Assembly (NCBI GenBank): GCA_050613775.1
Contig: JBODTK010000010.1
Coordinates: forward strand, 620,001-684,000
Length of the DNA: 64,000 nucleotides
Reading direction: 5' to 3'
Source of the DNA: Neocallimastix sp. 'constans'
Lineage: Eukaryota
Shown here one piece after another: positions 1 to 15,240 of this stretch. Below the pieces are notes generated by a model, which was given only the letters and a program-made list of their open reading frames with translations, did no database searches and had not been told where the DNA came from. Position numbers and translations under genes: made by a program. The stretch's first letter is position 1, and each line of letters begins with the position of its first letter.

Positions 1-581
1 CTTTTTTACTAGGATAGAGATATGGAAGGCAGAGAAATCAATCAAGGCTAAGGCTTATAAAAAAAAATTTTTTTTGAGAAAACTAGAGAGTATCTAAAAC
101 TCAACTATAAGTAATCTTGAATTTAGCATTAGCTTCCGATGGGTACTTCATGCCAGATGTGGATAATAAATTCGATGCTCGTGTTGCCAAAGCTGCAAAA
201 ATGATTGAAGAAAACTGTCCAGAAAGGTGACCTTACTGTTATAGAAAAAAAAAAATAGTAATCTTCGATTGGAAAAACATTGGTTTTCTAAATGCTATCT
301 TTTCCATGAATTTTTGAATAAAATATTTTGAAGGATTATTGAAGATCATTATATAAAGTAAAAAAAATTTTTTTTTTTATTATGTCTATATTTTTTGTGT
401 CCAATATCAAATAGTAATGTAAACACTGTTATCACAGATGTGAATGATCTAGAATCAAGTACATATTCTAATAATAGTAGCGTAGTATATAATATTAATA
501 ATAATAAATAATAGAAATAATATTGCTAATAATAGTAGTATTAGTGATAGTGAAAATAGAAATATGAATATTAATATTAGT

Positions 582-735
582 ATTGGTGAAAATAGTAATA
601 TCGTTACTTCTAATGTAGTGAATCGTTCAATTGGGGAAATTAATAATATCGTTACTTCTAATGTAGTGAATCGTTCAATTGGTGAAAATAATAATATCGT
701 TACTTCTAATGTAGTGAATCGTTCAATTGGTGAAA
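582..735 (+). repeat. 48-bp tandem repeat, 3 copies plus a partial
   Basis: Unit TTGG(T/G)GAAA..AATAATATCGTTACTTCTAATGTAGTGAATCGTTCAA. It explains the repetitive 60-aa ORF 564-746. Confidence 0.9.
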
Positions 736-1420
736 AATCATGCTAATTTAAGTGATTTTCTGAATAACGAATGTGCAAAAATATATGTGACGTGGTACCG
801 ATTAGGTAGCCTTCCTTCTTGGTGGAAGAGATGCTGAAAATATTGATTTAAATTAATAAAAAGAAAATGGGAAATTTTGTTTAAGAAACCCAAATTATTT
901 CTGGTGATCATTCAAAAAAAAAAAAAAAAAAAAAAAAAAAACGTTATTCTTGGTGCGATCTGCGGCTCTCTTTTTCAGAAATTATGCCTAGGGCTAGTAC
1001 TCGATGAGGGGTTACTATTCCGAAAGTATAAACGTAAACTAACCAGGAGCGTCAACGTTGAATATACAGTAAAACATGGCTAGTAGGAACCAATGCCCTC
1101 TTCAGGAGAAGACCATAATTTCTTTCAGATCGTCAATTCAAACCCTAATCCATAAGGAAGTGAGGTTCGTTGCATATGAACTTTTTTTTTTTTTTTTTCT
1201 GAATTTATTTACACATTTTATTTTTGAATATTACCTTTTTTTTTTTTTAATTTCACATTACTATTTCAAATATTACTATGTTCAAATTGGATAAATAATA
1301 TTTATATTTTATATTAATTTCTTTTTTTTTTTTTTTTTTTTTTTTTTTGTTATAAAAAAAAATTCATGTAATTAATAAATGACTAAATAAATAAAGATTA
1401 AAATTCGCAACAACTGCAGC

Positions 1421-1484
<64 letters not shown>

Positions 1485-1711
1485 TAAATACGGATTTAAT
1501 TAAAAAAAAAAAAATCGTTATAGTTATCATTTGGTAATAAAAATTTCTTTTCGATGTACATTGTCATCATCCTTATTTGTTTCATCACCCTTACTCATAA
1601 TAAGGATGGATGATGAAGAAACCGAACTTTTTTCTGAGATATCTTTTTTCTTAAGTTCTTTTTCTTTCCATGATTTTAAACATTAAATTTTTAATAAAAT
1701 TTTATTAATGT

Positions 1712-1822
<111 letters not shown>

Positions 1823-2165
1823 ATGAGATATATTTAATTTATATTTTGAAAATAGTAAATATATAATTATATAATATCAATTTATAATTTTAGATAAGCC
1901 TGGCTATAATAGCTCAATTCGTACAAAAAATAATTTTATTTAAACTTTATTTATTATAAAATTTATTATTTATTAAAATAATAAATTGATTTACACTAAA
2001 ATGAAAATTTTTCTTTTGTTTACTTTTTTATTTATTTAAAATACCATTTTGTGAATATAACTTCTTCTTGTTATATTTAAAAATAAAATTCCTTTTTAAA
2101 CTTCTTTTAAAAAAATCTTTTTTTTTTTTTTTTAAAATAAAATTATTAATTTTATCGTATTTATA

Positions 2166-2219
<54 letters not shown>

Positions 2220-2599
2220 TATTATTATTATTTTATAACACCTTCTGTTTGTTTTCTTTTATTGGAAAAGGGCTTTTTAATAATTTAATATTATATTTTA
2301 AAGGCTAAATTAATTTAACTAATAACTATCTAATTAAAATAAAATAATATAAAATAAGATTCGGAAATATGTAATAGAAATTTTTATATTTCGTACGAAA
2401 AATGAATTTTGTATTTTGATGAAAGGAATTTTAGTTTGAAAATCTAACATATAATATTTATGGTTCTCTTCAATGAGACTCTTAATATGATAAAATATGA
2501 AGCTCAGATTTAATATTTTATAATATATATTTTATTTAATAAAAAAAAAAATATTTTTATTTAATAAAGAAGAAACATTTTTCTAAATAATAATAATAA

Positions 2600-2870
2600 T
2601 ATTTTATATTAATTTTATTTAGAGCATAATGTGTAGCTTAAATTTTTTATTTAACTATATTTTTTAACAATATGTATTAATATTGATAATCATTAATAAA
2701 CTAATAATAAAATATATATATATATATATAGAATTATATTAATTATATTTAGAGAATAATGTGTAGCTTAAATTTTTTATTTAACTATATATTTTAACAA
2801 AATTTATTAAAATTGACAATCATTAATAAACTAATAATAATAATATATATATATATATATATATATAATT
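2600..2870. repeat. ~130-bp imperfect tandem duplication
   Basis: AGAG(C/A)ATAATGTGTAGCTTAAATTTTTATTTAACTATAT...CATTAATAAACTAATAATAA starts at about 2621 and about 2751. Confidence 0.85.
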
Positions 2871-3558
2871 AATTCGATTATAAGAAAAATAATAGAAAGG
2901 TCCAAGCTTTATACTATTCTAAAAAAAAAAAAAAATTATTATTTTATTTAACAATAGATATCATAAATTATGGTTATTAAAAAGATTTTTTTTAAAAATA
3001 TACTTTGAAATTAACATAGATTAAGATCTTTTAAAAAAAAAAATTTTTTTTTAGTATATAAATGGGATACTTTTTTTTAAAAAAAAAAAAAATTAAAAAA
3101 AAAAAAAGACCTTTCTTTTATTTTTCCTATAATCCAATTAATTCCGTTTATATATATATATTTGTTTGTATGTTTTTGATACATATATATATGTATATTC
3201 ACTTTTCAAAAAGAAATTCTTTAAAAAAAAAAAAAAAAAAAAAAATAAAAAGATAAAAAGTGTCACATACATATATATAAAATAGGAAGATCTTCTAATT
3301 ATTAAATCAATAGTATTTATAAAAATTTTTTGAAGAAAAAAAAAAAAAAAAAAACAATTATACATTATATTTATTAAATTATCCCATTTATAATTCAATA
3401 ATACAAAATAATTTAAAAGATAATATATAATACATACATTATAACATTATAGATTATTATTATTATTATTATTTTTTTAATCTATTAATTGAAATATTAT
3501 ATACATATAAATATATATGGTATAGTAGCCATTGACCGTTTTAGGAAAAGTGTTAATT

Positions 3559-4018
3559 GAAAGATTGGTAAACTATATCTAAAATAGGGAGAAATCACAA
3601 GAAATTCTGATGGAGGATCGTAGCGGTTCTATCATACAAATTGATCATCAAAATTTGAGTAGAGGGGGGTGAAAGACTAATCTAATCGAATCGTCGAGTA
3701 GTAATTGATTCCTTTTTTTCTTGAAAGTTTCCCTATCAGGATAGCAGAAATTCAATCAGTTTTTTTTTTTTATTTTTTATTTTATGAGGTTTTAAGTAAA
3801 TGATGAGAAATCTTTAAAACTAAGATAGTCTTAAGCTTCTTAACATATTTTTTTCAAAAAAAAAAAATATGAGAATTGATTCACAAACTTTTTTTAACTA
3901 TGTTTAACTTTTTTTTTTTTTTTTTTTTTTGAAACTTTGGCATTTAAATGAGAATTTCTTATGGGCTATTTTTTGATAAAGTAGAATTGATAATGAGGGA
4001 TGAAAACTGATTGTGAGG

Positions 4019-4061
<43 letters not shown>

Positions 4062-4156
4062 CCAGGGAAATATACGCTTATTTTAGACACTATAAAAGGA
4101 AAAGTGTTAGTTCATCCTGACAGTAAGAAAGAGTAACCACAAAAAAGTCCAAGAAT
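3559..4156 (+). pseudogene. Degenerate fragment of eukaryotic LSU (25S/28S) rRNA gene
   Basis: Collinear matches to conserved LSU motifs recalled from memory: GAAAGATTGGTAAACTAT (GAAAGATGGTGAACTAT), TGGAGGATCGTAGCGGTTCT (TGGAGGCTCGTAGCGGTTCT), GAAAGACTAAT..CGAA, AAGTTTCCCTATCAGGATAGCAG, TTTATGAGGT, GGGCTATTTTTTGATAAAGTAGAA (GGGCCATTTTTGGTAAGCAGAA), GTGTTAGTTCATCCTGACAG. Many GC>AT changes and homopolymer expansions. Confidence 0.9.
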
Positions 4157-4179
4157 GATGAGAAATCAATGAAATACCG

Positions 4180-4217
<38 letters not shown>

Positions 4218-4851
4218 ACTTGCTTACCTCTCCTTCTTCTCTCCCCCTTCAAATTAGTAATGAAAACTTCCATTTCTATAATCATCTCATCACATCCGAG
4301 TGGATAAAGAATGTATTATTAGTTATTAGTTAATAATTTTATTTTAAAAAAAAAAAAAATAAATAAATTAAAAGTGTTTAAATGTTTAAATAAATAAACA
4401 AATAAATAAATAAAAAGTTAAATAAAATTGAAAAAAAAAAAAAATAAAATAAAATAAAATAAAAATAAAAATAAAATATAAGTTATAAAAAATAATTTTT
4501 AAACATTAAATTAAATCCATATCATGTATATATATGTATATATATATTAACTTTGACCTATATTTCAAAATTTTAAAATGATAATGTTTAATTAATATAA
4601 TAATACGTCTATCATGTATTGTTTAATGTATTATTATATTAATTAAAGTTTGATATTAAATACATATCTTTGCAATGATTTCTATTTTAATTTTTAATAT
4701 GATGGTTAAATATTTATTAAAGTTAAATATAACTTGCCATGTTAACTACCATAAAATAGATTATTGGTTAGATACTAAATTTTAGCCATTATTAATAATA
4801 TTATTATTTAAATAGTAAAAATAAAATAAAATAAAATAAAAAAATAAATAA

Positions 4852-4887
<36 letters not shown>

Positions 4888-4983
4888 AAGATAGGATAGT
4901 TTATTTATTTATAGGAAGATTGAAGTAGTCACAACACTTCAGTATGCTTTCACATTGGTAGATAAATATCCTTGATGAACGGC

Positions 4984-5014
<31 letters not shown>

Positions 5015-5429
5015 AAAAGTGAACCAAATAGAGGAAAAGAACAAATTATTATAAATAAAAAATATAAGTATAATTTATATCTTTTAAAATTAAATATCAT
5101 AATATTTTATTGTTATTTTAACAAAAAAAAAAAAAAAAAATTATTTTTTTATTATTTTATCAAAAATATTGAAGTATAGTTGTATATCTGAAAAATGAGG
5201 CTTATTAAAATTTTAATAAATAAATTAATAAATAAATTAAAAAAATTATATAAATTAATAAATAAATAAATAAATAATTTTTTATTTATATTTAATTATT
5301 TATTATTTATTTTTATTATTATTTTTAATCTTTTATTCTTTTATTATAAATAAATAATTAATTATTATTAAGTCTATTTGTTATAAAGTAATTAAGAAAA
5401 ATGATGCAGTTCTAAACCTGATTATAATT

Positions 5430-5547
5430 TATTTATTTATTTATTTATATATAATTGTATTAAAAATATTAAAAAATTTATGGCGTTAAATTACAATAAT
5501 ATGAACGCCATATTACGAAATGTAGCTTTCCAAAATACACCACATCC
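5430..5547. mobile_element. Isolated MULE-type terminus (remnant)
   Basis: ATAATTGTATTAA..TTTATGGCGTTAA...AATACACCACATCC resembles the MULE end at 35537-35646 (...TTTATGGCGTTAAC...AATGCACCACATTC). No partner end or TSD found. Confidence 0.55.
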
Positions 5548-6349
5548 TAAAATATTATTTTTTTATTATTTCAACAAAAAAATATTAAAATATATCTTTA
5601 CCGAAATGTTAGTAATTTCTCACTAAAATATATTTTTCAATTAAGATTATTACAGAATAATGTCAAAGCCATTATAATAATAAAAATATAGAAAATAAAA
5701 TAAATATATATATAAAATAAGAAAATATATATTATATAAAAAATATAATATTTATATAAATAAAATATAAAATATAAAATATAAAATATAAAATATAAAA
5801 TATAAAATATAAAATATAAAATATAAAATATAAAAATATAAATATAAATATAAAAAATAAAAAATAAAAAATAAAAAATAAAGAAAAAAATTAAAATATA
5901 GTATGAATTAAGTATATAAAAAGTTTAAAAAAAAAAAAAAAAAAAAAAAAAGAAAAATAAAAAAATATAAAAATTTTATGTATTATATAATTTATATATA
6001 TTTTTTTTTTTACACAACACAATGAATATGAATAATTAAAAAATTTATATTATATTTTTTACACAATGAATAGAAATAATTAAAAAAATTATATATTATA
6101 TATATTTTTTTTTACACAATAATGAACATGAATAATTTAAAATTTTAAATTAGCAAAATAGCAAAAATATATTTATACAGAAAATATATATATAAACTTT
6201 AATTTATAAAAAAAAATGTCTAAATTAAAAAAATTTTTTTTTTTTTTTTTTGAATTAAAACACTGTAGATGTAGATATTTTGAAAAAAAATATCTATAAT
6301 TTATATATATTATAATAAATATATATATATATAAAATAAATAAAAAAAT

Positions 6350-6591
6350 TTTTTTTTCATGGCTAATTATAAAAAAAAAAAAATAAAATAAAAAAAAAGC
6401 ATAAAAAAAAAAGCAAAAAAAGTTGCTATGAAGTAATAAATAAAATAAGATAAAATTTAAAGTTCTTTTCATTTATCTATGCATAGTATTGTCTTATATT
6501 TTAATATAATCTATAGATATATATACATAATTATTATCAAAACAAAATAATTAAAATTCAAAAATTATAAAATGAAAATAGTACAGCATTG

Positions 6592-6622
<31 letters not shown>

Positions 6623-6705
6623 TAAAATATATATAGTATAATATTAATTATATATATAAAAAAAAAATAAAAAATAAAAAAATAAAAAGAAATAGTATAG
6701 CACAG

Positions 6706-6753
<48 letters not shown>

Positions 6754-7168
6754 ATAAAATATATATAATACAATATTAATTATATATATATATATATAAA
6801 AGTAGTATAGTATATCTATTAATCACAATAATATTAATGTTAAATATACAATAAAAGTCATATATAAAAAAAAATCTATTAATAATAATTAATATTTTTA
6901 TGTAAATATTTTTTTTATTTATTTTAATCAAGAGAAATATAAAAATTGAATTTTTTTTTATGGTTAATTATAAAAAAATAAAAAAAAAAAAAAAAAGCAA
7001 AAAAAGTTGCTATAAAGTAATAAATAAAATAAGATAAAATTTAAAGTTCTTTTTTATTTATCTATGCATATAATATTGTCTTATATTTTAATTTAATCTA
7101 TAGATATATACATAATTATTATCAAAACAAAATAATTAAAAACCATGAAATAAAATAGTATATCATAG

Positions 7169-7204
<36 letters not shown>

Positions 7205-7445
7205 TGAAATATATATAATATAATATTAATTATATATACAAAATAATAAAAAAAATAAAATGTAATTGTAGTATAATATTAATTATATATATATATATAT
7301 AAGAAAAAAAAAAATAGTATAGTACATCTATTAATCACAACAATATAAATACTAAATATATAATTAAAAACTATTAAGAATAAATAAAAAAAATTTTTAA
7401 ATCAATTACCATTTAAAAACCATAAAATAAAATAGTATAGCATAG

Positions 7446-7479
<34 letters not shown>

Positions 7480-7685
7480 TAAAATATATATAATATAATA
7501 TTAATTATATATACAAAATAATAAAAAAAATAAAATGTAATTATAGTATAATATTAATTATATATATATATAAGAAAAAAAAAATAGTATAGTACATCTA
7601 TTAATCACAACAATATAAATACTAAATATATAATTAAAAACTATTAAGAATAAATAAAAAAAATATTTTTAAATCAATTACCATT
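6350..7685. repeat. Complex AT-rich local duplications (about 6350-6560 with 6950-7140; about 7140-7412 with 7418-7685)
   Basis: Repeated anchors AAAAAGTTGCTAT..AAGTAATAAAT, TTTATCTATGCATA and GTATAGTACATCTATTAATCACAACAAT...AATCAATTACCATTT. Confidence 0.85.
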
Positions 7686-8467
7686 TTGCATTTTATACGA
7701 AATATAATAAATATATCATAAGCTTTATCAAAGTTCATATTTTAATAAATAAATAATAAGAAAAAAAATAACACTTTCATACTAATTTTTAGAAATATTA
7801 CTTTTTATTTTATTTTTTATTTTATTTTTTATTTTTTATTTTTTATTTTTTATTTTTTATTTATTTTATTTTATTTTATTTTTTTTTTTTTTTTTTGATA
7901 GTAAAAAAAATGGTGTTGTTTGTTTGTTTTTTGATGAATGCCTGTGTATTTTATAATGAATTATATATATTACAATGATAATTTTGAAAAAATATTAAGA
8001 TAATAGTCTTTTCATCATAAATAAAAAATTAGATTTTATAAAAAAAAATAACGACAATATTTTTTTTTTTTTTTATTTTAAAATTATTTGTTTATGTTTA
8101 TTTATAAATTAAGAAAGTATTTGCATATAAATACTTCTCTTTTGTATTTATAATTTTATTAAATTATATGCTATTAAATATTAAAATAATTAAATATGAA
8201 TAAATAATATTAATACAACAATATTAAAATAATTAAATATGAATAAATAATATTAATACAACAATAAATATTTTAAAAAAATTTAAATCTAAAAAAAAAA
8301 AAAATTTAAACTTCTCATGTCCTTTCATTGACAAAATTTTTTTCCCTTTATATTCTTCATTTCAAAGATTTCTATCTATACTTTTTTTTTCCTTTTCCTT
8401 TTTCACTTTATTTTTATAATTTTCTTATTTTTCTGTTTTCGTTTTAGTCTATTTTTTTTCTTCCATT

Positions 8468-8499
<32 letters not shown>

Positions 8500-8751
8500 G
8501 GTTTTTTATGTTTTATATTTATATATATAATAATTTATGGGTATTTTTTCTTGGATTCAACTTTTCTTTTTAATTTTTTCTTACTTATAAAAGAATTAAA
8601 AAAAAAAAATAAAAAATTAAAACCATTTTAATAAATATATTTATACATTATTTACATAACTAATAGTAAATAAATAAATAATAATATATCTTTTTTTTTT
8701 TTAATTTTCCCCCAAAAAAAAAGATATTAATATAAAAATAAATTCTCATGG

Positions 8752-9512
8752 TTAATATTCATCATCTTCATCATCACTATCACTGGACCAGTACCAATGG
8801 CTAGAATTTTCATTTCCTTCTGAATACATTCTTGAAGATTTATTTACATTATTTGAACCATTTTCATATTCCATATTATCCTTTTCACTTAATGGGGTTA
8901 AGACTTGCTTTTCCTGTGTTTGTTTACTTATATCTTGATTATGGAATGTTTGAATATAGTAACGTGGTCTTTTTTGAGTTGTTATCAATTTACTACTTTC
9001 TTTTGGTGGCGATGAATATATAGACAATGTCACTTGTTGATTTGTACTACTATCGTTCGTTGAAGTTAAATCACTAATAGAACCATTACTTGAACTTGTT
9101 GTACTACTGAAACTTCCATTTCCAACTAATTCATTATTATTGTTTTGAATCTTCATATTCACTCTTAACCACGGTGATACAAATTTTGAATTATTTATTG
9201 AATGTTTTCCTTGATAATATTTTGTTTTATAAAAACTATGACTATGAAATGGGCTCCGGTTTTTGAATTCTAGGGTATAATTATTTACATTAAGAGTAGT
9301 AGTCTTCTTTTTTAAGTCGTTCAAACGACATTCATTACAACAATATAAATACTATATAAAAAAAATTAAAAATATTTAAAAACAAAAAAATATTAGTAAC
9401 TTATATATCTTTATTTTTATAATTTAAATTATAATTTTTCTTTTTAAAAAATTTATATATTAACCTCACTTCGTTTTCCACAATTAATACACCAATTTAA
9501 GAAGAAATCCAT
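8752..9512 (-). CDS. Ecl1-family-like (life-span regulatory factor, Cys4 motif) protein, 215 aa, two exons: 9512-9465 and 9351-8752
   Basis: Exon 1 ATG gives MDFFLNWCINCGKRSE. A 113-nt phase-0 intron has a GTTAAT donor, TACTAAT branch site (~9398-9392) and TATAG acceptor. Exon 2 starts YLYCCNECRLND, in frame with ORF 8752-9324. The F..WCxxCxK...LYCxxxCRxxD pattern followed by a Ser-rich tail fits fungal Ecl1 proteins. Confidence 0.8.
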
Positions 9513-11824
9513 TTTTCAAAAAATAAAAATAATAAATATATTATATTTGATAGTAAACGATATTTATAAGAAGTATTTGAATTTGGTATATAAATAAATT
9601 AAATAAAAATTGTTTTTTTTAAAAAAATATAAAATAAATAATTATCTACAATGTATATATTGAATAAATTCTTTTTTTTTTTTTTAAATAAATATTAGAG
9701 TATTGTATTCATGATAAATTCTTTTAATTGTATTAATTTTCTATATATAATCTATTATATATATGTTATAAATTTTGTTTTTTTCTTGTATATAAATAAA
9801 TAATGGTTACAGAAAATAATAAACTCTTTTTTTCATAATAAATAAAAATTATTTTATTATTTCTATATTCCAATACTTATTTCATGTATTGATAATATTT
9901 AAATTTCCAAAAATTAATAAATAATAAATAATACATGAAAATTTTTTAAAACAAGAAAAAAAAAGTTCTTTTTATATTATTTGAAATTTTCCATAATTTT
10001 TTAAAAATAAAATTTACTAAGAGTAAAAAATAAAAAGTTTAATTAATAATAATCAAAATATAAATAATAATAATTAAGTGAATATATATATAATAAATAA
10101 ATAAATAAATTTATACAATTGAAAAATATAATAAATAATATTATCAGTTATTATACAATCAATAATTAATTCTTTAATAAAATATATATATTTAATATAT
10201 TGTTAATATAATATATTATTTAATTTTTTTATCTAATAATAAACTAATGAAATTTTCTTATATTAGCTAATAACGATGAAGTTCTATATATTAATTAATT
10301 TTTCATTTATTAATTTATTTAATTTATTGCTTGATCATTCATATAATTTAATTGATTTTTACTTAATTCTTTTTCCCTCTTCATTGTTTCAATATATATA
10401 TATATTTTATTTTTAGAATATTAATTATCTCTACTCAATATTTTAAGATATATCTTTTTGAAAAAAAAAAAAATAAATAATATTAATTATATCTTTTAAA
10501 CTTTTTCTTAATATTTTATTATCAATTTTTTCCCTTGAAAATGTATATATAGATTATAATTTATTTTCAAATAAAAATATAAAAATACTTTTAATACTCA
10601 AAATGATGAATTTTAACGTAATTGTTTACAATTTATTTACAATATACTAAACATATATTATATTAATATAATATTATATTGATTTTTTATGAAATTAATT
10701 ATTTATTAAATACATTAACAAGAAAAAAAAACATATGTGTATTATATATAATTTTTTAAAAAAAAATTTTTTTATTATTAAAATATATAATATAGATAAT
10801 TTTTAAAAAAATATATTTTTTATTATTAAGCATATATTTTTTTATGCTTATAATAAACAAACTTCCAAAATAAAAAAAACTTTATTTAATAATATATTAA
10901 TTATATGCACAATTATACTCATTTAGTATAATATTATATATTAAATATAATATATAAATAAATTATAAAAAATACATTATTATAATTTTATTATATATAA
11001 ATTAATTAATAATATAGAAATAGATATAATAAATTAATTAATATTACTGAATAAAATGTTTATTCTATATTAACAAAAAAAAACTTTCAAATAGGAATAG
11101 TATACTAATAGATTGAATCAATAATATATATATTATAAAACTATTAATTAAGTTATAATCATAAATGGAAAATATTCATTATTGACAATTATTTTTTGTA
11201 TTTTGTTTTTATTTAATAATAAAATAGGATTACATTATATATTAAAATTCATTATTTATTATATTAATAATATAATATCATGAATTTATAAATATTTATA
11301 TGATTAGATTAAATATTTTTTCATTAATTTATTTTTATTGTATTTTAATATATATTACTAATATATTTATTAAATATTACTAATACAAATAATTTTCATC
11401 CAAAAAAAAACTAAAAAAATGATATTTAATTTTTTTATAATTTAATATAATATGAAATATATTATCATTCATATTAATTTATATAGTAATGTAATATCGT
11501 AAAGATTAAACAAAATCTTAATAAATAGTAAAATCATTTATATATATTAATTACTTTAATATATAATTAAATTATTATAGTAACATATAATATAAATTTT
11601 AATAACTAATATAAAATATATTAGTGTTATATAAGATTATAATATTAAAATATTGTTATAATATAATAATAATAAATTACAAATAATAAAATTAAATTGC
11701 TAATTTATACTAATATAATAAATAACACTAACACTTATTTTTTGTTACTATATTAAATGGATTATAAATTAAATGTAATTCACATATATTAATTGAATAT
11801 ATTATCAAAATATGTTAATAAGTT

Positions 11825-11859
<35 letters not shown>

Positions 11860-13249
11860 TTCACTTTATGTATTTATATTATAATGATTGAAAATTTTAT
11901 ATAAAAATTTATATATATATATTTATAATAAAAATAAATAAATAATAATGATAATAATAATAATAATAATAATAAAACGAATATTGTTAATTAGAATTAA
12001 AGTTTTAATGTTTTATCATTAACCTTAACTTTATAGAAAAGAATCTTTTGAAAAATTTATCCATTCTTTCAAGAAAAGAAAAGATGGATGGAAAATAAAG
12101 CATATAATACATATAATGTAAGGGTAAAAATAGTGACCTATTTTTTTTAAAAAAAAAAAAAAAAAAGGAAAAATAACTTTATTAGTTCATTTAATTAATA
12201 ATTTGTTTATGTATTATTATTACAATTATTTATAAAAAAAAATTAATATATTATTATCATTTATCAATTTTTTTTTTTAATTCTAATAATATTCAAATTC
12301 AAAATTCAAAATCATCAATTATACTTATTATTCAAAGTATCCAATTATATAATTAAATTATATTATAAGAAATAATAATTGGTCTTTTTTTTTTTTTTTT
12401 TTTAATTTTTTTAATGATTTACTATATATTTAAAAATAATAATAATAATTTTCCTAATTTTTTAATTAAAATATTAAAAATAAAATATATTTAAAAAAAA
12501 AACATTAATAATTTTCCTTTTTAAATAAAATATTAAAAATAAAATAACTTTTAATAATAATAAAACCATGATTATAATTATGTTTAATATTATGTAATTT
12601 TTATATTCATCAAATATATATTAATGTTATTTGAATAAATTGAATAATTAATAATATTATTAGTATAAAGTATTAATTAACAAATACTTTATAATTCATA
12701 TTTATTTTTTTTTTTTTTTTGTATTAATTTTTTCTTCAAAAAAATTTTTATTTCACTAATTTATCAATTTTAAATAATTGTTAACTTGAAAAAAAAAAAT
12801 AAATAAAAATAGGATTTTAACAAAGTTACTTGAGTATATAAATATTAAATTAATAAATAATATATATAGAAAGAATACTTTAATAAAAAATTAAACAAAC
12901 ATAGAAAATAAATATATTTCAACTAATTCAAACTAAAAATAAGCTAAATTATTTATTTTAATTTTATTTCAACTAATTCAAACTAAAAATAAGCTAAATT
13001 ATTTATTTTAATTAAATTATAATAATAAAATAATAATTTAGTTAATCTTTATTACTAATAAAACAAATAAACAAATATTTATCTTTATTAATAATAATTT
13101 TATTTTTTTTTTTATTTTTTTATTTTTATTTTATTTTTTTATTTTTTTTATTATTATTTTTAATGATAAAATTTTCAATTCACATAATTTTAAAACAATA
13201 ATTTTTTATTAATACTTTTATTTTTATAATACTTTTTTCGATGATGAAA

Positions 13250-13500
13250 GAGTAAAATAAAATAAGATAAAATAAATAGTGAAATATTATAAAATATTAA
13301 AGTATTAATAAAAAAAATAAAATAATATAAATAGTTTAAATATAAATGTAAAGTACAGATTGAATAAAATAAAATAGATAGTTTAAATATGAATATAAAG
13401 TACATATTGAATAAAATAAAATAAAATAAATACTTTAAATATGAATATGAAGTATAGATTGAATAAAATAAAATAAAATAAATAGTGAAGTAATATAAAA
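13250..13500. repeat. Remnant of the MULE-associated ~47-bp minisatellite
   Basis: Units AAATAGTTTAAATAT.AAT.TAAAGTACAGATTGAATAAAATAAAAT, the same family as 24197-25970 and 44040-45200. Confidence 0.75.
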
Positions 13501-15240
13501 AGAGTAATGCAATTATAAAAATTAAAATAAAATAACACGAAAGTAATGTTAAAACTTTAATAATTATATATTCGTCATTTTAATTAAGATTTGAATATAT
13601 TTGGGTAAAATTAAAAAATATATAAACTAAAAAAATAAATAATTAAAAATTTTTAAATAAAAACTAATTACAAAATAAATGTAATATACTATATTAATTC
13701 TATTGTTTTTAATATATTAATATTATATGATTTATTATATGATATGATTTGTATTCCAAATAAAAAAATTAGAAATTTTATAATATATTAACGATATAAT
13801 TAACAATATTTGTCGAAATTATTAAAATATAATTTGCAATTTTATATATATCAAAGTACTATATGTAATATATTATAATATTTACTAAATATGATACGTA
13901 ATATATAAAAAAAAATTTATAAAAATTTTATTTCTATATATTATTTTAGTATTAAATCATTTAATATGTAGTATACAAAGATTTAAATAATATGCTGAAA
14001 GTTGTTGAGATTGGTTCATAATAATTTTTTATTTAAAAGTATGCTTATATTTATTTATAACCACATTTTCTAGTTAAAATTACTTTTGTAATTTAGGATA
14101 TTATTAAAGTTATTATTGTTTTTATGAAAGGATACTATTATTTTTATTATTACTACTATTATTATTAGTAGTAGTACTAAACAATTATTATTTATAACTC
14201 TATTATTAATATTATTAATATAAACAATATATATATTATTGTAATTATAATTATTGAAATTTGCATAAAACATATATATATAAAAAAAAATTGAGTATAG
14301 AATAATTTCATCATTTATAAATTATAAAATAAATACCATTAACATTCAAAAAAAAAAAAAATACTAAAATCTTCATAATGACTATAAAAATTATGACTTT
14401 AAGACAAAATTATTACATTCTTTTGTACAATGGTAGAAGTAATGATGCGATGTAAAAGAATAATGTTAATAATAAAATAAATTTAAATAATAAATTTATC
14501 ATAATTTTTTATTTGCACCAAATGTAAATGATGCTAAAATTAAAAAAAAAAAAAATTAGCTTGTTCAATTTTTTTTATTATAATCATCAGTATAATTTAT
14601 TTAAATTATTTAATAATTTTTTTTTTGGTTGTTACTAGTACAATTTATAAATTACAGAGTAAGCACTAGCTAAAACACTTTTTATTGTTTCATAATTAAA
14701 ATTATTGAAAATTATATTAGGGTTAGATTATATTATTTTATATTAGACCTATAATAGTATAGTATTTATTTTATCATTTAAATATTTAAAAAAATTTTTT
14801 TATATTATTATTATTATTATTATTTTATTTTTAATAAATTATTACATATATTTTATATATATTTTTTCCAATATTTTATATAAAACTCAAATATATATAC
14901 CTTCAAAAGAATATAATATATTTGATAGCAATACAATATGATGAACGGATTAATCAAAAATAATTAAAATTTTTTAATTAAATTAATTTTATATATTTAT
15001 ATATTTATACATTTATATATTTATATATTTATATATTTATTTTAAGGTAACAAATTAAATATTAAATAAATACCGCATCAATTTAAAGACTTTTTTTTTC
15101 TTTAATTTCAAAAAAACCTTTTTGTTATTTCAAATATAATACTTTATATTATAATATATTTTATTAATAAAACTCTCTAACTTCTTTTCTTCTTTCCCAT
15201 AATTCAATTTTTTTTTATAAGTATATATTATTATACCAAT

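Noticed and set aside
120..230. Coding-looking fragment (..LALASDGYFMPDVDNKFDARVAKAAKMIEENCPER*)
   Set aside because: It sits near the window edge, has stops upstream, and I cannot assign a family. It may be a decayed gene and needs BLASTx.
780..1180. GC-richer island with ORFs 877-1083 and 1076-1294
   Set aside because: The ORFs run through homopolymers and I recognise no protein or RNA motif; probably a decayed fragment.
1528..1680. Possible exon on - (SWKEKELKKKDISEKSS..)
   Set aside because: There is an in-frame stop just upstream, with no ATG at the start of the frame and no clear splice acceptor.
2473..2486. ATGAGACTCTTAAT, the same as the tRNA-Lys/Copia PBS motif
   Set aside because: Only 14 nt, with no tRNA arms or LTR nearby.
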